The notes beneath the pieces were generated by a model. It did no database searches. It saw nothing but the letters and a program-made list of their open reading frames with translations, and had not been told where the DNA came from. A program made the translations under genes and the position numbers. Below are positions 20,013-29,958 of a stretch of DNA of 64,000 bases, piece by piece. The stretch comes from an uncultured candidate division WWE3 bacterium (GTDB lineage: Bacteria > Patescibacteriota > WWE3 > UBA101185 > UBA10185), in NCBI GenBank assembly GCA_903879985.1, contig CAIRNR010000007.1:151665-215664 (forward strand). Direction: 5' to 3'. Numbering within the stretch: position 1 is the stretch's first letter; every line of letters begins with the position of its first letter.

Positions 20013-20958
20013 AACCTTCAAAAAAGCCCGAAATACCACGTAATTGGCTTAAATCACGTAATCTAAGCGCACTATAAACCCAGTATAGGTTCAATACCTT
20101 TATGTTAATAATTGCCCCGATCCAACCGCGTAAACTCTTTGGACGCACGTCTTTTCGATAAAACATGCCTGTATCCTTTCCAATAAAATAAGCATTTCTA
20201 GAAGGACCGAGCCTCATAAAATGTTTAGCCGAAACTAAAGGACTAAAAATAATTTTAAACCCTGCAGCTTTTACCCTTATAAATAAATCTCCGTCGGCGT
20301 GATTAAAATTAAATCTTTCATCAAACCCGCCGATTTTTTCTATGATACTTCGGCGTGTGCCCATACTTGTTGTTGTAGCCAAATCTATCTCTTGTCTATC
20401 AAAGTTAACTGCTTCTGGCAACGCTGTCCCCAAACTATATGCGCCGCTCTCAAAAAAATATCCTGGTTTCAAAATATTTCCTTCGGCAACTATATTTAAA
20501 TATGGCCAAGCAATAATTTTCATTACCAAGTTCTTTTGACTGGCCAAATACAATCGATGCATTTCACCAACAGGATAACATTGAGACGGAAGTGGCCCGG
20601 TTATAACTCCAATCTTTTCATCTCCATTAAGTTCTGCCACAATTCCTTCAAGCCAAGTTTTATCGGCTTCGGCGTCATCAGCTAAATAACCAAGTAGTTC
20701 TGTGTCAGCATTTTTCCACCCCAAATTAAAAAGATAAGATAATCTTTTTTTAGGATCGCAAATTACGCGCAAATTGTCATCAGGATATTCGGAAACAATA
20801 TCTTTAATTTTGGAATCGTCTGCAAAGTTTTCGATAATTAGAATTTTAAAATCTTTGTAATTTTGGTTAGTAATTGAGTTTAAAGCTCTTTCCAGATCTT
20901 CTCTTCGACCATTACGTGGATATGTATTAATGATTACTGTAACGGTTTTTTCTTGCAT
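19999..20958 (-). CDS. Glycosyltransferase family 2.
   Basis: VTVIINTYPRNG...DD GT-A N-terminal pattern with DxD-like motifs. Confidence 0.8.
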   Translation of the reverse strand: MQEKTVTVIINTYPRNGRREDLERALNSITNQNYKDFKILIIENFADDSKIKDIVSEYPDDNLRVICDPKKRLSYLFNLGWKNADTELLGYLADDAEADKTWLEGIVAELNGDEKIGVITGPLPSQCYPVGEMHRLYLASQKNLVMKIIAWPYLNIVAEGNILKPGYFFESGAYSLGTALPEAVNFDRQEIDLATTTSMGTRRSIIEKIGGFDERFNFNHADGDLFIRVKAAGFKIIFSPLVSAKHFMRLGPSRNAYFIGKDTGMFYRKDVRPKSLRGWIGAIINIKVLNLYWVYSALRLRDLSQLRGISGFFEGFILL

Positions 20959-21611
20959 TTCATTATTATAGTAGCACCAAGCTCAGGAAACAGCGATGCG
21001 AGTGAAGTAAAACTAAGGCGTCCGGCATTATCAAAATTAATAACGTCCGATGTATATTCTTCAACATAAAAACCATTTTTTTCTAACAAACCTTTTAACG
21101 AAGATTCTACAAAATATCTCAAATGGCCGGCAGCTTTTTCGTCATAAGAAACTTCGGTTAAAGGATTTAAACCCGCCAACAAAAGTATGCGTCGTCCAAA
21201 GGAGGCTAAGTTTGGTGTCGTAACTACTAAAAATCCTGTATCCGTTAGCGCGTTATAAATTTTAGTAAGAAGTCCATCGGTATCAATAACATGTTCTATT
21301 AATTCTCCACAAAGTACACAATCAAACTTTTGATCAAATGGAATTTCTTCATGCTCAATATCACAAACTTTTACAGGTAAACCTTTTTGTACGCAAATGT
21401 CCACACAAGTTTTCGACATTTCTACGCCATAAACTTCGTTACCCTTTTGTTTAATTAATAAACTGATGTCTCCTTTAAAACAGCCTAAGTCTAAAACGCT
21501 TTTTCCTGTGCCTATTAATTTTGCTATTTTTTGTATTCGAATATCATTTACATTAACTGATTCTGCAGTGCTGTACCTTTTTTCGTTAAAGTCTTTTATA
21601 TCTGCAAACAT
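20934..21611 (-). CDS. Class I SAM-dependent methyltransferase.
   Basis: VLDLGCFKGDISLL matches motif I (the LDLGCG type). Confidence 0.8.
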   Translation of the reverse strand: MFADIKDFNEKRYSTAESVNVNDIRIQKIAKLIGTGKSVLDLGCFKGDISLLIKQKGNEVYGVEMSKTCVDICVQKGLPVKVCDIEHEEIPFDQKFDCVLCGELIEHVIDTDGLLTKIYNALTDTGFLVVTTPNLASFGRRILLLAGLNPLTEVSYDEKAAGHLRYFVESSLKGLLEKNGFYVEEYTSDVINFDNAGRLSFTSLASLFPELGATIIMKCKKKPLQ

Positions 21612-22060
21612 TAAAGTGTTCCCCTTGTAAATGCAGTTAATGAAAAATTAGTTAATAATCTAAAGGTCATAAAGTATGAAAACGGACCGACGCTGTTTGT
21701 AACTTGATCTAAACATAAATGTAAAAACATTCCTAACGCTAAAGAATAAAAGAAATATTGTTTTTTTGTAACATGCCCAAGCAGAACCAAACCTAATAGC
21801 CATTCCCACGCATGAAAAATAATAAATGCCCTACCCGAAGCTATGTACGATGCTCCTGTGATAAAGCGCATTAGGTTAAAACCAAAACCTGAATTTAAAA
21901 AGTAATCTATTAAATGATCAAGATCTATAAAGAACCCGCCCATTATTACTAAAGCTGCCGACAAGTATTTTTTATACTTTTTATAGCAATACACCGCGCC
22001 AATTATTGCTAACGACATGTGACCTATTTCTGTGAGTATGAAATGTAGCATGTTGTTCAT
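21611..22060 (-). CDS. YdjM/DUF457-like membrane-bound metal-dependent hydrolase.
   Basis: Four TM helices with IDLDHLIDY and HLCLDQ motifs. Confidence 0.5.
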   Translation of the reverse strand: MNNMLHFILTEIGHMSLAIIGAVYCYKKYKKYLSAALVIMGGFFIDLDHLIDYFLNSGFGFNLMRFITGASYIASGRAFIIFHAWEWLLGLVLLGHVTKKQYFFYSLALGMFLHLCLDQVTNSVGPFSYFMTFRLLTNFSLTAFTRGTL

Positions 22061-22061
22061 T

Positions 22062-23693
22062 CTACTTTGTTTCCGGGGAAGAAAACATACTTTTTAGTGC
22101 CGCCATCCAAAATTTTGGAGACCACCAACTTATTTTTGTTTGGTTTTTATCAAAGTCTAACAAGTGAGCTAAAAGTTTCCATGCGCTGTAAAAAAGAAAC
22201 TTAACGTCGTTTAAGTCACGCACACCTATAACACGTCTGAAAATGTATTGTGGCGAGAAAAACGCCGAATACAACGACTGTGTGAGTTCGTACAACCGTT
22301 CGTTTGAAAACGGCACTTTCATCACTGGTGCGCGCATATCAAAAGCTTCATAATCCGTTGGATCTACAGTGAGCCAGTCTTTTTCAATACATTCTTTATA
22401 AAGCGGTGTACCAGGATAAGGAATTACAATAGTCGCCTGCATAGTTTCGACATAACCCTTTTTAAACAAATCCTTGGCCATATTAATAGTGTTTAAAGCC
22501 ATTTCTTCAGTTTCCCAAGGATAACCAAGCATAATCGTTAAATGTGGTTCTAAACCAGCTTTTCTGGCCATTTTTACACCTTGTTCTATTTCTTCAACCT
22601 TTAAGCCTTTATCTAACTTATCCAAAGTAAATTGGTTTGCTGATTCCATACCGTACAAAATAAATCTAAAGTTAGCCTTACCCATTAAATCGTAATATTC
22701 TTGGGTTAGAGCATTTAAACGCATGTTGCAGCTGTATACAGCTTTTTTGCTGTAACCGGATTCAATCATAAGCTCACAAAACTTCTTTAAAGGTGGACCA
22801 ACAAATAATGTGCCAGCATCATCAAAAATTTCTTTTACTCCATATTTATCAACAACATACTTAACTTCGGCAAACAAACGTTCAGGTGAAAAACGTCGAT
22901 AAGACTTTAATGGGTTAATAGTGTGATCCCAAACACAAAACGTACAACGATTCCACCAGCAATCACGACCTGAATACATATATGTTGCAGGTTTATATTT
23001 ATAATTTCCATTTTCGTAGGCATACAATTCCCAATGAGTGAGATCGCGATCGATAAAAGGTAACTCGTCTAGCTTGTGCTCAAGATGCAATGGGCCTGAT
23101 TTCCAATACTCTGTTTTACCGGAATTTTCGTGCTTAACCCATTCAGGATCTAAATGAACGCGACTGTCATTTTTACGACCATAAATTCCGCCTGGTAACA
23201 TTGTTCCTTTTGTAATAGAGTCGGCCAAGTCGGATAACAAAAAGTCATAATCACCACCTGTAATAATATAATCAACTTTGCAATTTTCTAAAGTTTCAAG
23301 CGGCTTCCAAGTTACATGATCCCCCACCAAAACCACTAAAAGATTTGGCAATTTCGATTTTATTTCATCAACTATTTTCCAGTGTTTTTTTAAAACCGGA
23401 GCTTTTGTTTCGAGTAATAAAATATCGGGAGATTCCTTAAGTAATTCTTCAAGCCAGTCAGAATAGCTTTTTTTTTCAGCGATACCGTCTAACCAAACCA
23501 CATCGTAGCCTCGTTGTTTTGCCAAAGAAGCAGCATACGCAGGTACCATAGGATAAATGTAAGTTGGCGCATTAAAGTACTGAAATTGTCTATTCTGCGA
23601 CAGCAAGGGTACACCTTTTTCTTGTTCTAGTGGTGCATAACCAATGGCAATTTTCATATGGTTAGTATAGTGGTTAGTGACGTCATTGTACAT
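22062..23693 (-). CDS. B12-binding-domain radical SAM protein (class B-like) with atypical cysteine spacing.
   Basis: N-terminal Rossmann-like B12-binding-like region. The cluster GRDCWWNRCTFCVWD reads as CX4CX2C rather than the canonical CX3CX2C. Confidence 0.75.
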   Translation of the reverse strand: MYNDVTNHYTNHMKIAIGYAPLEQEKGVPLLSQNRQFQYFNAPTYIYPMVPAYAASLAKQRGYDVVWLDGIAEKKSYSDWLEELLKESPDILLLETKAPVLKKHWKIVDEIKSKLPNLLVVLVGDHVTWKPLETLENCKVDYIITGGDYDFLLSDLADSITKGTMLPGGIYGRKNDSRVHLDPEWVKHENSGKTEYWKSGPLHLEHKLDELPFIDRDLTHWELYAYENGNYKYKPATYMYSGRDCWWNRCTFCVWDHTINPLKSYRRFSPERLFAEVKYVVDKYGVKEIFDDAGTLFVGPPLKKFCELMIESGYSKKAVYSCNMRLNALTQEYYDLMGKANFRFILYGMESANQFTLDKLDKGLKVEEIEQGVKMARKAGLEPHLTIMLGYPWETEEMALNTINMAKDLFKKGYVETMQATIVIPYPGTPLYKECIEKDWLTVDPTDYEAFDMRAPVMKVPFSNERLYELTQSLYSAFFSPQYIFRRVIGVRDLNDVKFLFYSAWKLLAHLLDFDKNQTKISWWSPKFWMAALKSMFSSPETK

Positions 23694-23694
23694 T

Positions 23695-24717
23695 TTACCC
23701 GCCTAAGTATTTGCCGGAAGCGTCGTCAACACTACGTAATTCTAACTTTGGTCTTTTTAATAAACCTAAAATAAAGTTAAAACCATAAGTAGCGTGAATT
23801 AGCACAAATCCCCAAAAAGCTATAAAAAACACAAAAGGTCCGTGTTTAATTTCTTTGTACGCAATCTTTGTAGTTTCATAAGTTACAAACCAAAAATAAA
23901 GCATTATCAAAAAAAGCATCACAAATCTAAAAGGAAAACTGAAGATACATAAAATAGCACCAATGATTCCAACTAAAATAACAAATGACGGAACAAAGTA
24001 AGCGGGAATTCTTGACGTTGCAGGATACGTACGTGCAAATTGCCCGCGTTGTCGCCCATACCTGGAAATTTGCTTTAAAAATGGTAAGTATAAGTCGCGT
24101 CGATGATGATATACAATAATCGAAGGATCATAGATAAAATCTTTTTTCTTAAGTTTAATTAAATCCAAACAAAGTTTTGTATCTTCACCGGGCCAAAACG
24201 CTTCATCAAAACCACCTACTTTAATAAAAGCTTCTTTTTCTACGAACAAATTTACCGACGGATAATCATTAATATTTCTTCTATCCCGAGGAACATGGCG
24301 ATACGTTGTAAAACCACCGGAAAGCCACGACTCTAAAATATCGCCCGAAAGTTTTTCGCGCACACCTGCGTCGGGTGGTGTCATCGCAGGTCCGCCAAGT
24401 GCATATGTACCTGTTTCGTCAAAAACACTTTTCGCATTTTTTAGCCAATTCTTTGCCGGAAATGCATCATCATCTAAAAAGGCTAATATTTGGCCACGCG
24501 CTTTGTTAGCGCCTATATTTCTTTTTTTAGCAGGACCTACAGCGCCACTTTCCAAAAAAGTAACTTCAGGATAAAGATGCATTACCTCGTTGTCCAAAGA
24601 ATCTAAAATTACGATTGTTTCAAATTCCTTAAATGTCTGATTGGCCAAAGCCTTTAATATTTCTTTTAAGTAAGGATTAAATTTTCTAACCGGAATAACA
24701 ACGCTAAATTTTGTCAT
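23695..24717 (-). CDS. Glycosyltransferase family 2 with a C-terminal transmembrane region.
   Basis: FSVVIPVRKFNPYLKEILKALANQTFKEFETIVILD N-terminus and C-terminal hydrophobic helices. Confidence 0.8.
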   Translation of the reverse strand: MTKFSVVIPVRKFNPYLKEILKALANQTFKEFETIVILDSLDNEVMHLYPEVTFLESGAVGPAKKRNIGANKARGQILAFLDDDAFPAKNWLKNAKSVFDETGTYALGGPAMTPPDAGVREKLSGDILESWLSGGFTTYRHVPRDRRNINDYPSVNLFVEKEAFIKVGGFDEAFWPGEDTKLCLDLIKLKKKDFIYDPSIIVYHHRRDLYLPFLKQISRYGRQRGQFARTYPATSRIPAYFVPSFVILVGIIGAILCIFSFPFRFVMLFLIMLYFWFVTYETTKIAYKEIKHGPFVFFIAFWGFVLIHATYGFNFILGLLKRPKLELRSVDDASGKYLGG

Positions 24718-25543
24718 GTGATAATTCTCCTGTGTTTACACGCATCTCTAATTCTTTGTCGTAAATCCATTTACGTTTACTGGAGTCGTCATAATATTTT
24801 AGAATTTTAAGTCTATAGAAAATTGCGGCGGTATCTAATAACATAGCTCTAACATTCGGCTCAAAGATAAAGGTGAGTCCTATATTTGAGTTTTTACTAT
24901 CCCAAACTACAGTCACAGGAGCTTCGTATATTTTTTTAAAACCCAATCTATGTGCTACCGATAAAATCTCAACATCAAATGCAAAATTTTTAACTAACAC
25001 TCGGGGTAAGACTTTTTCCAATACTTCCCTTTTAAAAACTTTTAAACCTGTTTGGGTATCTTTAACTGGGATATCAAATAAAATTCGAACTAGCAAATGA
25101 TAAACCTCGCTATAAATCCTTCGAACTAAAGGATAAGATACTCGCGAAACCGGATGCCTTTTACTGCCAACAATAATATCAGCGTCATACCATTCCATAT
25201 GTTCTAAAAGCATTGATACACCTTTACGATCAATGTCCATGCCCGCATCTATGAAAGATATATAATACCCCGTCGCACGTACCATACCGTAGCGTATAGC
25301 ATAACCTTTGCCTTTGTTTGTTTCATATCCAAATACCTTTATACGAGGACCGGCCAGTTTTTTGACTTCATCAAAAGTTTTATCTAGAAAGCCATCAACA
25401 ACAACAATAATTTCATATTCCCAGCGAGTTAAAGCCATAGTTGCATCAACAGACTTAATATCTTCAAAAATGGTTTTTTCTTGTTTATAGGCAGGAATAA
25501 TAATCGAAACTTTTTTAGGTTGTGTGCTTGGTTTTTTGTGCAT
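24704..25543 (-). CDS. Glycosyltransferase family 2.
   Basis: VSIIIPAYKQEKTIFEDIKSV...VVDGFLD. Confidence 0.8.
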   Translation of the reverse strand: MHKKPSTQPKKVSIIIPAYKQEKTIFEDIKSVDATMALTRWEYEIIVVVDGFLDKTFDEVKKLAGPRIKVFGYETNKGKGYAIRYGMVRATGYYISFIDAGMDIDRKGVSMLLEHMEWYDADIIVGSKRHPVSRVSYPLVRRIYSEVYHLLVRILFDIPVKDTQTGLKVFKREVLEKVLPRVLVKNFAFDVEILSVAHRLGFKKIYEAPVTVVWDSKNSNIGLTFIFEPNVRAMLLDTAAIFYRLKILKYYDDSSKRKWIYDKELEMRVNTGELSHDKI

Positions 25544-26786
25544 AAATCGTAAGTAACCCTAAAGTGATTATACTAGCAATTATATTTGCGTTTATAACAT
25601 CATACAGACTGGCGTGATTTACTGATATTAAAATGTACTGAATCAAAAGCCCCGGAAGTAAAAAGATAAACACCCAGGTTTTTTCAATTGCCAAACAATA
25701 CATAATGAAAAAGTTAATAAGCACGTAAAATAAAACGAATATTGAAAACCTTGGTAAATACTGAATTGAGTCAAAAAATCTGGAACCAAAAAATATTTGA
25801 GTAATAAGTCCTGGTAAAAATGAAAAAGCTAAAAGTCCGCATAAAGCTACAAAAACCTCAATACTCAACAATTTAAAGAACTTTGCTTTGTAGTTTTCCT
25901 TTTTTGCATAAACCGAAGAAATAATCGGAAACATAATTGTTGTAACAATTCCTGCGCCGAATAAATATATCTTTCCCAAAGTAACGGTGCCCGCGTAATA
26001 ACCTGCCAATGTGGGATCAAAAAACTTTTTAACCAAAATTACGTCCATATTATTTAGTGACATAATTCCTAGATTAATAAAAAACACTGGAAGACTAAAG
26101 GTAAGTAATTTTTTAAACTGAACAGATAAATGATTATCAACTTTTTTACCTAAATCTTCTTTGATAAGTAAATAAGTAGTGGCATACGAGAGTAACATTG
26201 CTACCGACATTCCTCCAAACACCCCTGCGACCTCATAACCAATATAAATTCCGATTAAGGGTAAAACTAATCTAAATAAACTACTTATGATAAAGAAAAA
26301 AGAGAGTGATTTATATTTTAATAAACCCTGCAAATAAGATCCTGCTATGGCGTTTAAAAATAGAAAAGCTAAATATATGTTAAAAGCATTTATATATGAG
26401 GGATTATCAATTTTTAACTGAGATGCAACGTACCCGCTAAAAAGTGTGGCTAATGCATATACAACTACACCTAACAACAAAAACTGAATACTTAACTTTT
26501 TAAATAGAGCGTTAAGTTTTGGATAATCTGCGTTGGCTTTTAGTGTGGCCACAACCTTAACTAATGAAATACCAACTACAGCGGCGGGAACACCAAGTAT
26601 TGTTGATACAGAAAGAAGTGCATTAAAAGAACCGAAATCTTCAACTGACAACATTCTTCCGAGGAAAAACTGAAGTAAATAGCTTAGGAATGAACCTATG
26701 ACTGTACCAATACCAACAACAACAGTTCCATAAAAATATTCATTTTTAATAACTTGGGAAATGTATTTACTTACTGCTTTCATCAA
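25515..26786 (-). CDS. Wzx-like polysaccharide flippase (MOP superfamily).
   Basis: About 12 predicted TM segments in 423 aa, with the typical MOP flippase layout. Confidence 0.65.
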   Translation of the reverse strand: MMKAVSKYISQVIKNEYFYGTVVVGIGTVIGSFLSYLLQFFLGRMLSVEDFGSFNALLSVSTILGVPAAVVGISLVKVVATLKANADYPKLNALFKKLSIQFLLLGVVVYALATLFSGYVASQLKIDNPSYINAFNIYLAFLFLNAIAGSYLQGLLKYKSLSFFFIISSLFRLVLPLIGIYIGYEVAGVFGGMSVAMLLSYATTYLLIKEDLGKKVDNHLSVQFKKLLTFSLPVFFINLGIMSLNNMDVILVKKFFDPTLAGYYAGTVTLGKIYLFGAGIVTTIMFPIISSVYAKKENYKAKFFKLLSIEVFVALCGLLAFSFLPGLITQIFFGSRFFDSIQYLPRFSIFVLFYVLINFFIMYCLAIEKTWVFIFLLPGLLIQYILISVNHASLYDVINANIIASIITLGLLTIYAQKTKHTT

Positions 26787-28417
26787 TTATTACGCTTATA
26801 AACATTGTATACATCAGCACCTCGAACTTTTATCGTTCCTATTTTTGTTACAGAAAAGCGCACTTCAGTAGCACCTGTGTCGTCCCATACAGGATATACA
26901 AAATATTTTGCGTGAATGGCAAATGGAGTTAGATCGGAAATAATAGCAAACATTCCTTTTTCTCTAAAGAATGGCCAAATTTGCGTGTAATATTTTTCTT
27001 GAAAACCTATTGTTTCGGTTTTAGCAATTTCTCCTGACGCAATCATGCCTTCAAGTGATTTGTCCTGATACAAGCGCGTTGAACCATCTTGTGCAGCCAA
27101 TTTATCAAAGTAATCAACTGTCTCCGTAGCACCAATCATCCATTTAGGTTCAATAACATGAATTCCTTTACTAACACCACCTAACAACGGATTGTAATAA
27201 GAAAAGTAATCAGGATATAAATATACCAAAGGAATGGCACTAAGTAATAAAAACATGGCGTATTTTGCGTATTTATTAAACTTTATCCTTCCAGCCAACC
27301 AAAAATAAAATGTTGATGAAATTAAAGACAACGAAAGCATTGCCGGAATAATGTATCTATCTAATTTTTTTGAAGGTAGCGTAAGCTGAATAAAATAGAA
27401 GAAGGTAAAGATAAAACAAAATAGTACAAATTTTTTCAGTGTCTTATCTTTAAGTTGAATATACGTTATCGCGGAACCAAGTATTCCGATTAGCAATAGT
27501 ATAGAAGCCCGATATGCTAGAACCACGAAATAATAAAACACTCCAGGATCTGTCACATATGTATCAAAATAAAATTGGCTGTGATCACCTTCAACGCCTA
27601 TTACCGCAATTCCGCGATACATTGTTTGAATAGCTTCAACTGGATTGACCCACATGATTGGCCAAAATAATACAAATGTCGCTAAAGCTAATCCAAGCCA
27701 AATTCCAAAAGGTACCCAAAGTTTCTTAATTGTTACAAATAAATTGCGATGTTCATCAAGATTCCACAGAAATATGCTTAAACCTGCGAACGGAATTAAA
27801 TACAATGCCGAGGTCTTAGTTAAAATGGCAAATCCGGCAAACACACCGGATAAAATCAGATGCCAATATTTTTTTGTGTTCAAAAAGTAAAATAGCCACA
27901 TAGCACTGGCGATCATAAACGTGGACATCATTCCTTCTAAATGAAAGACTCTGGTTAAAGCAATATATAAAGGTTCCAGAGCAATTCCCGTTATGGCAAA
28001 TGCCGCATATCTTTTACCAAATAATTGTTGAAGAGGATAAAAACAAAAAGCTAGGGTAAGTCCAAGCACGAATACAAGCAATGCCTTTTGTACTACATCC
28101 AAACCAAAAGCCGCAAATGTGGTGTTACCAGAAGCGATTGATTGGTGAGTTATATCGGCATACAGGTTAAATATTTTAACGCCGGCAACGCCAACCCACA
28201 TAAGTGTTACACCAGGATGATATTTTTGAAGCGTCTTTTCAAAGTTTAAGGAAAAAATGCCGGTACCAAAATCGTAGCTACGTGCCTTCCACTTCCATAC
28301 GTCGGTATTAAAGTTGTCATGACCAAGAGACGGGGCGCGCGACAAAACAAATAGAACAACTATCAAAAGCTCGGGTAACAATAATTTTAAGTTTTTCAGC
28401 GTAAATATCTTTTTCAT
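26783..28417 (-). CDS. GT-C fold membrane glycosyltransferase (PMT_2/ArnT-like), paralog A.
   Basis: YHPGVTLMW motif and a KKLDRYIIP C-terminal motif shared with 29915-31462. Confidence 0.7.
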   Translation of the reverse strand: MKKIFTLKNLKLLLPELLIVVLFVLSRAPSLGHDNFNTDVWKWKARSYDFGTGIFSLNFEKTLQKYHPGVTLMWVGVAGVKIFNLYADITHQSIASGNTTFAAFGLDVVQKALLVFVLGLTLAFCFYPLQQLFGKRYAAFAITGIALEPLYIALTRVFHLEGMMSTFMIASAMWLFYFLNTKKYWHLILSGVFAGFAILTKTSALYLIPFAGLSIFLWNLDEHRNLFVTIKKLWVPFGIWLGLALATFVLFWPIMWVNPVEAIQTMYRGIAVIGVEGDHSQFYFDTYVTDPGVFYYFVVLAYRASILLLIGILGSAITYIQLKDKTLKKFVLFCFIFTFFYFIQLTLPSKKLDRYIIPAMLSLSLISSTFYFWLAGRIKFNKYAKYAMFLLLSAIPLVYLYPDYFSYYNPLLGGVSKGIHVIEPKWMIGATETVDYFDKLAAQDGSTRLYQDKSLEGMIASGEIAKTETIGFQEKYYTQIWPFFREKGMFAIISDLTPFAIHAKYFVYPVWDDTGATEVRFSVTKIGTIKVRGADVYNVYKRNN

Positions 28418-29958
28418 AAAGCGTACTTAAATATAACTATACCAGGGCCACGACGATTTACGGGATCAATTCTTGTTATTTCCTGTAAATCGATGAAATG
28501 CACGGAGTTTTCGAGCCAAAGTTTTCGGGCTAAATATTCCTCTGAATCAAAATAAAGAACAATGTATCCGCAATTGTTTTTGGAAATCTTATCTAGTCCT
28601 TTGTAAGTCTTGGCACTAACTGCATTTGCCACAGCAGAAAAATCCGCATCAAAGTATACCAAATATGCGGTATTCGGAAGATTTGCCTTTAAATAATTGA
28701 AAGCTAAATTTCTGGTGTCTTGGTTTGCAAATTCCATGGAAGCGATACTTGAGGCATAAAACGGCGGAATTAAAAAAAATACGAAAAGCAACAACGATAT
28801 ATATTTATATTTTTTATCGAAGAACTGTAAACATTCCTCCAAAAAGCAACCAGTTATAATAGCCACATAAGGATAAATAATTAAATAGTAATGAGAGCGA
28901 GAATCTATTGCTCCTGAGACAATGTAAACGAATACCAAAGAAGTAATGTATAAAAATAACAAGCCAAAATCCCTTTGGGTACTTTTCTTTTTAAGAATAC
29001 GATATAAAACAATTCCCAAATATATTAAGAAACCTATTAGTACGGTGTAGCCCAAGTCGATAATCAATCTTTCCGACATATCGCGAAAAAAGTTTTGTAT
29101 ATGATCTGGAAATTCCCGAGAACCAACATTGGTGAATTGCCACAAAGCTCCTTTGGGACCATCGGTGCGCGAAAAGGTTTTGTAATCAAATAAGGCGTAA
29201 GGTGTACCAATTAAAAACGCTAATATCGATAAAGCTCCTGCCAAAAATAAATATCCTGTAGATTTTAGGTTAGTAAATTTTTGCCAAAAACTTTTGGTTA
29301 CATGCGCCAAAAAAAACCCTAGCGCAGATAGTCCCCCATTATATTTCGCAGAAGCAGCAAAGCCAATTAAGAGTCCGCCTAAAATATAGTCCTTCAAAGT
29401 TGTAGCGTAAAAAATGCAAATTGAAAAATATACAACCCACGCCAACAAAAAAACCATAGGGATATCAGGTAATGCATAGTGAGATTGCACAACATGCATA
29501 GGTAATATTGCAAAAATCAAAGCACTTAATATGCCCGCCTTAATGTTAAATAACTTTTTTGAGGATAAATACACGGGTATAACCGTTAATGCCCCAATAA
29601 AAGCGGTTAACACTCTAGATAAAAAGTAAAAGGACAATGAACCATCCCCGAGAATAGGCAGCCATGAGAAGACAATTCTGCTTAACCCCACTGTATGCGA
29701 TGAATCGCGAAACTTAACAAACAAAAAATACATAAAGTAATTTACATAAATATACAAATGTGGCCAATCAAAGTGTCCCGGATTTTTATCAAAAAATATT
29801 CCCAACGCCGAACGCACAATTGTAGGTTCATCTGGATGAAATATAAAAGGGAAACCATACTGAATACCAAGCATCCTAAGTAATAGGGCCAAAACAAAAA
29901 CAAGTATTAAACCGCTATTTATCTTCTTCAACATATATTCTCCAGTATTCAAGTCCAT
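28414..29958 (-). CDS. GT-C fold membrane glycosyltransferase (GT39/PMT_2-like).
   Basis: YGFPFIFHPDEPTIVRSALGIFF N-terminal loop, typical of PMT_2/ArnT-type enzymes. Confidence 0.7.
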   Translation of the reverse strand: MDLNTGEYMLKKINSGLILVFVLALLLRMLGIQYGFPFIFHPDEPTIVRSALGIFFDKNPGHFDWPHLYIYVNYFMYFLFVKFRDSSHTVGLSRIVFSWLPILGDGSLSFYFLSRVLTAFIGALTVIPVYLSSKKLFNIKAGILSALIFAILPMHVVQSHYALPDIPMVFLLAWVVYFSICIFYATTLKDYILGGLLIGFAASAKYNGGLSALGFFLAHVTKSFWQKFTNLKSTGYLFLAGALSILAFLIGTPYALFDYKTFSRTDGPKGALWQFTNVGSREFPDHIQNFFRDMSERLIIDLGYTVLIGFLIYLGIVLYRILKKKSTQRDFGLLFLYITSLVFVYIVSGAIDSRSHYYLIIYPYVAIITGCFLEECLQFFDKKYKYISLLLFVFFLIPPFYASSIASMEFANQDTRNLAFNYLKANLPNTAYLVYFDADFSAVANAVSAKTYKGLDKISKNNCGYIVLYFDSEEYLARKLWLENSVHFIDLQEITRIDPVNRRGPGIVIFKYAL

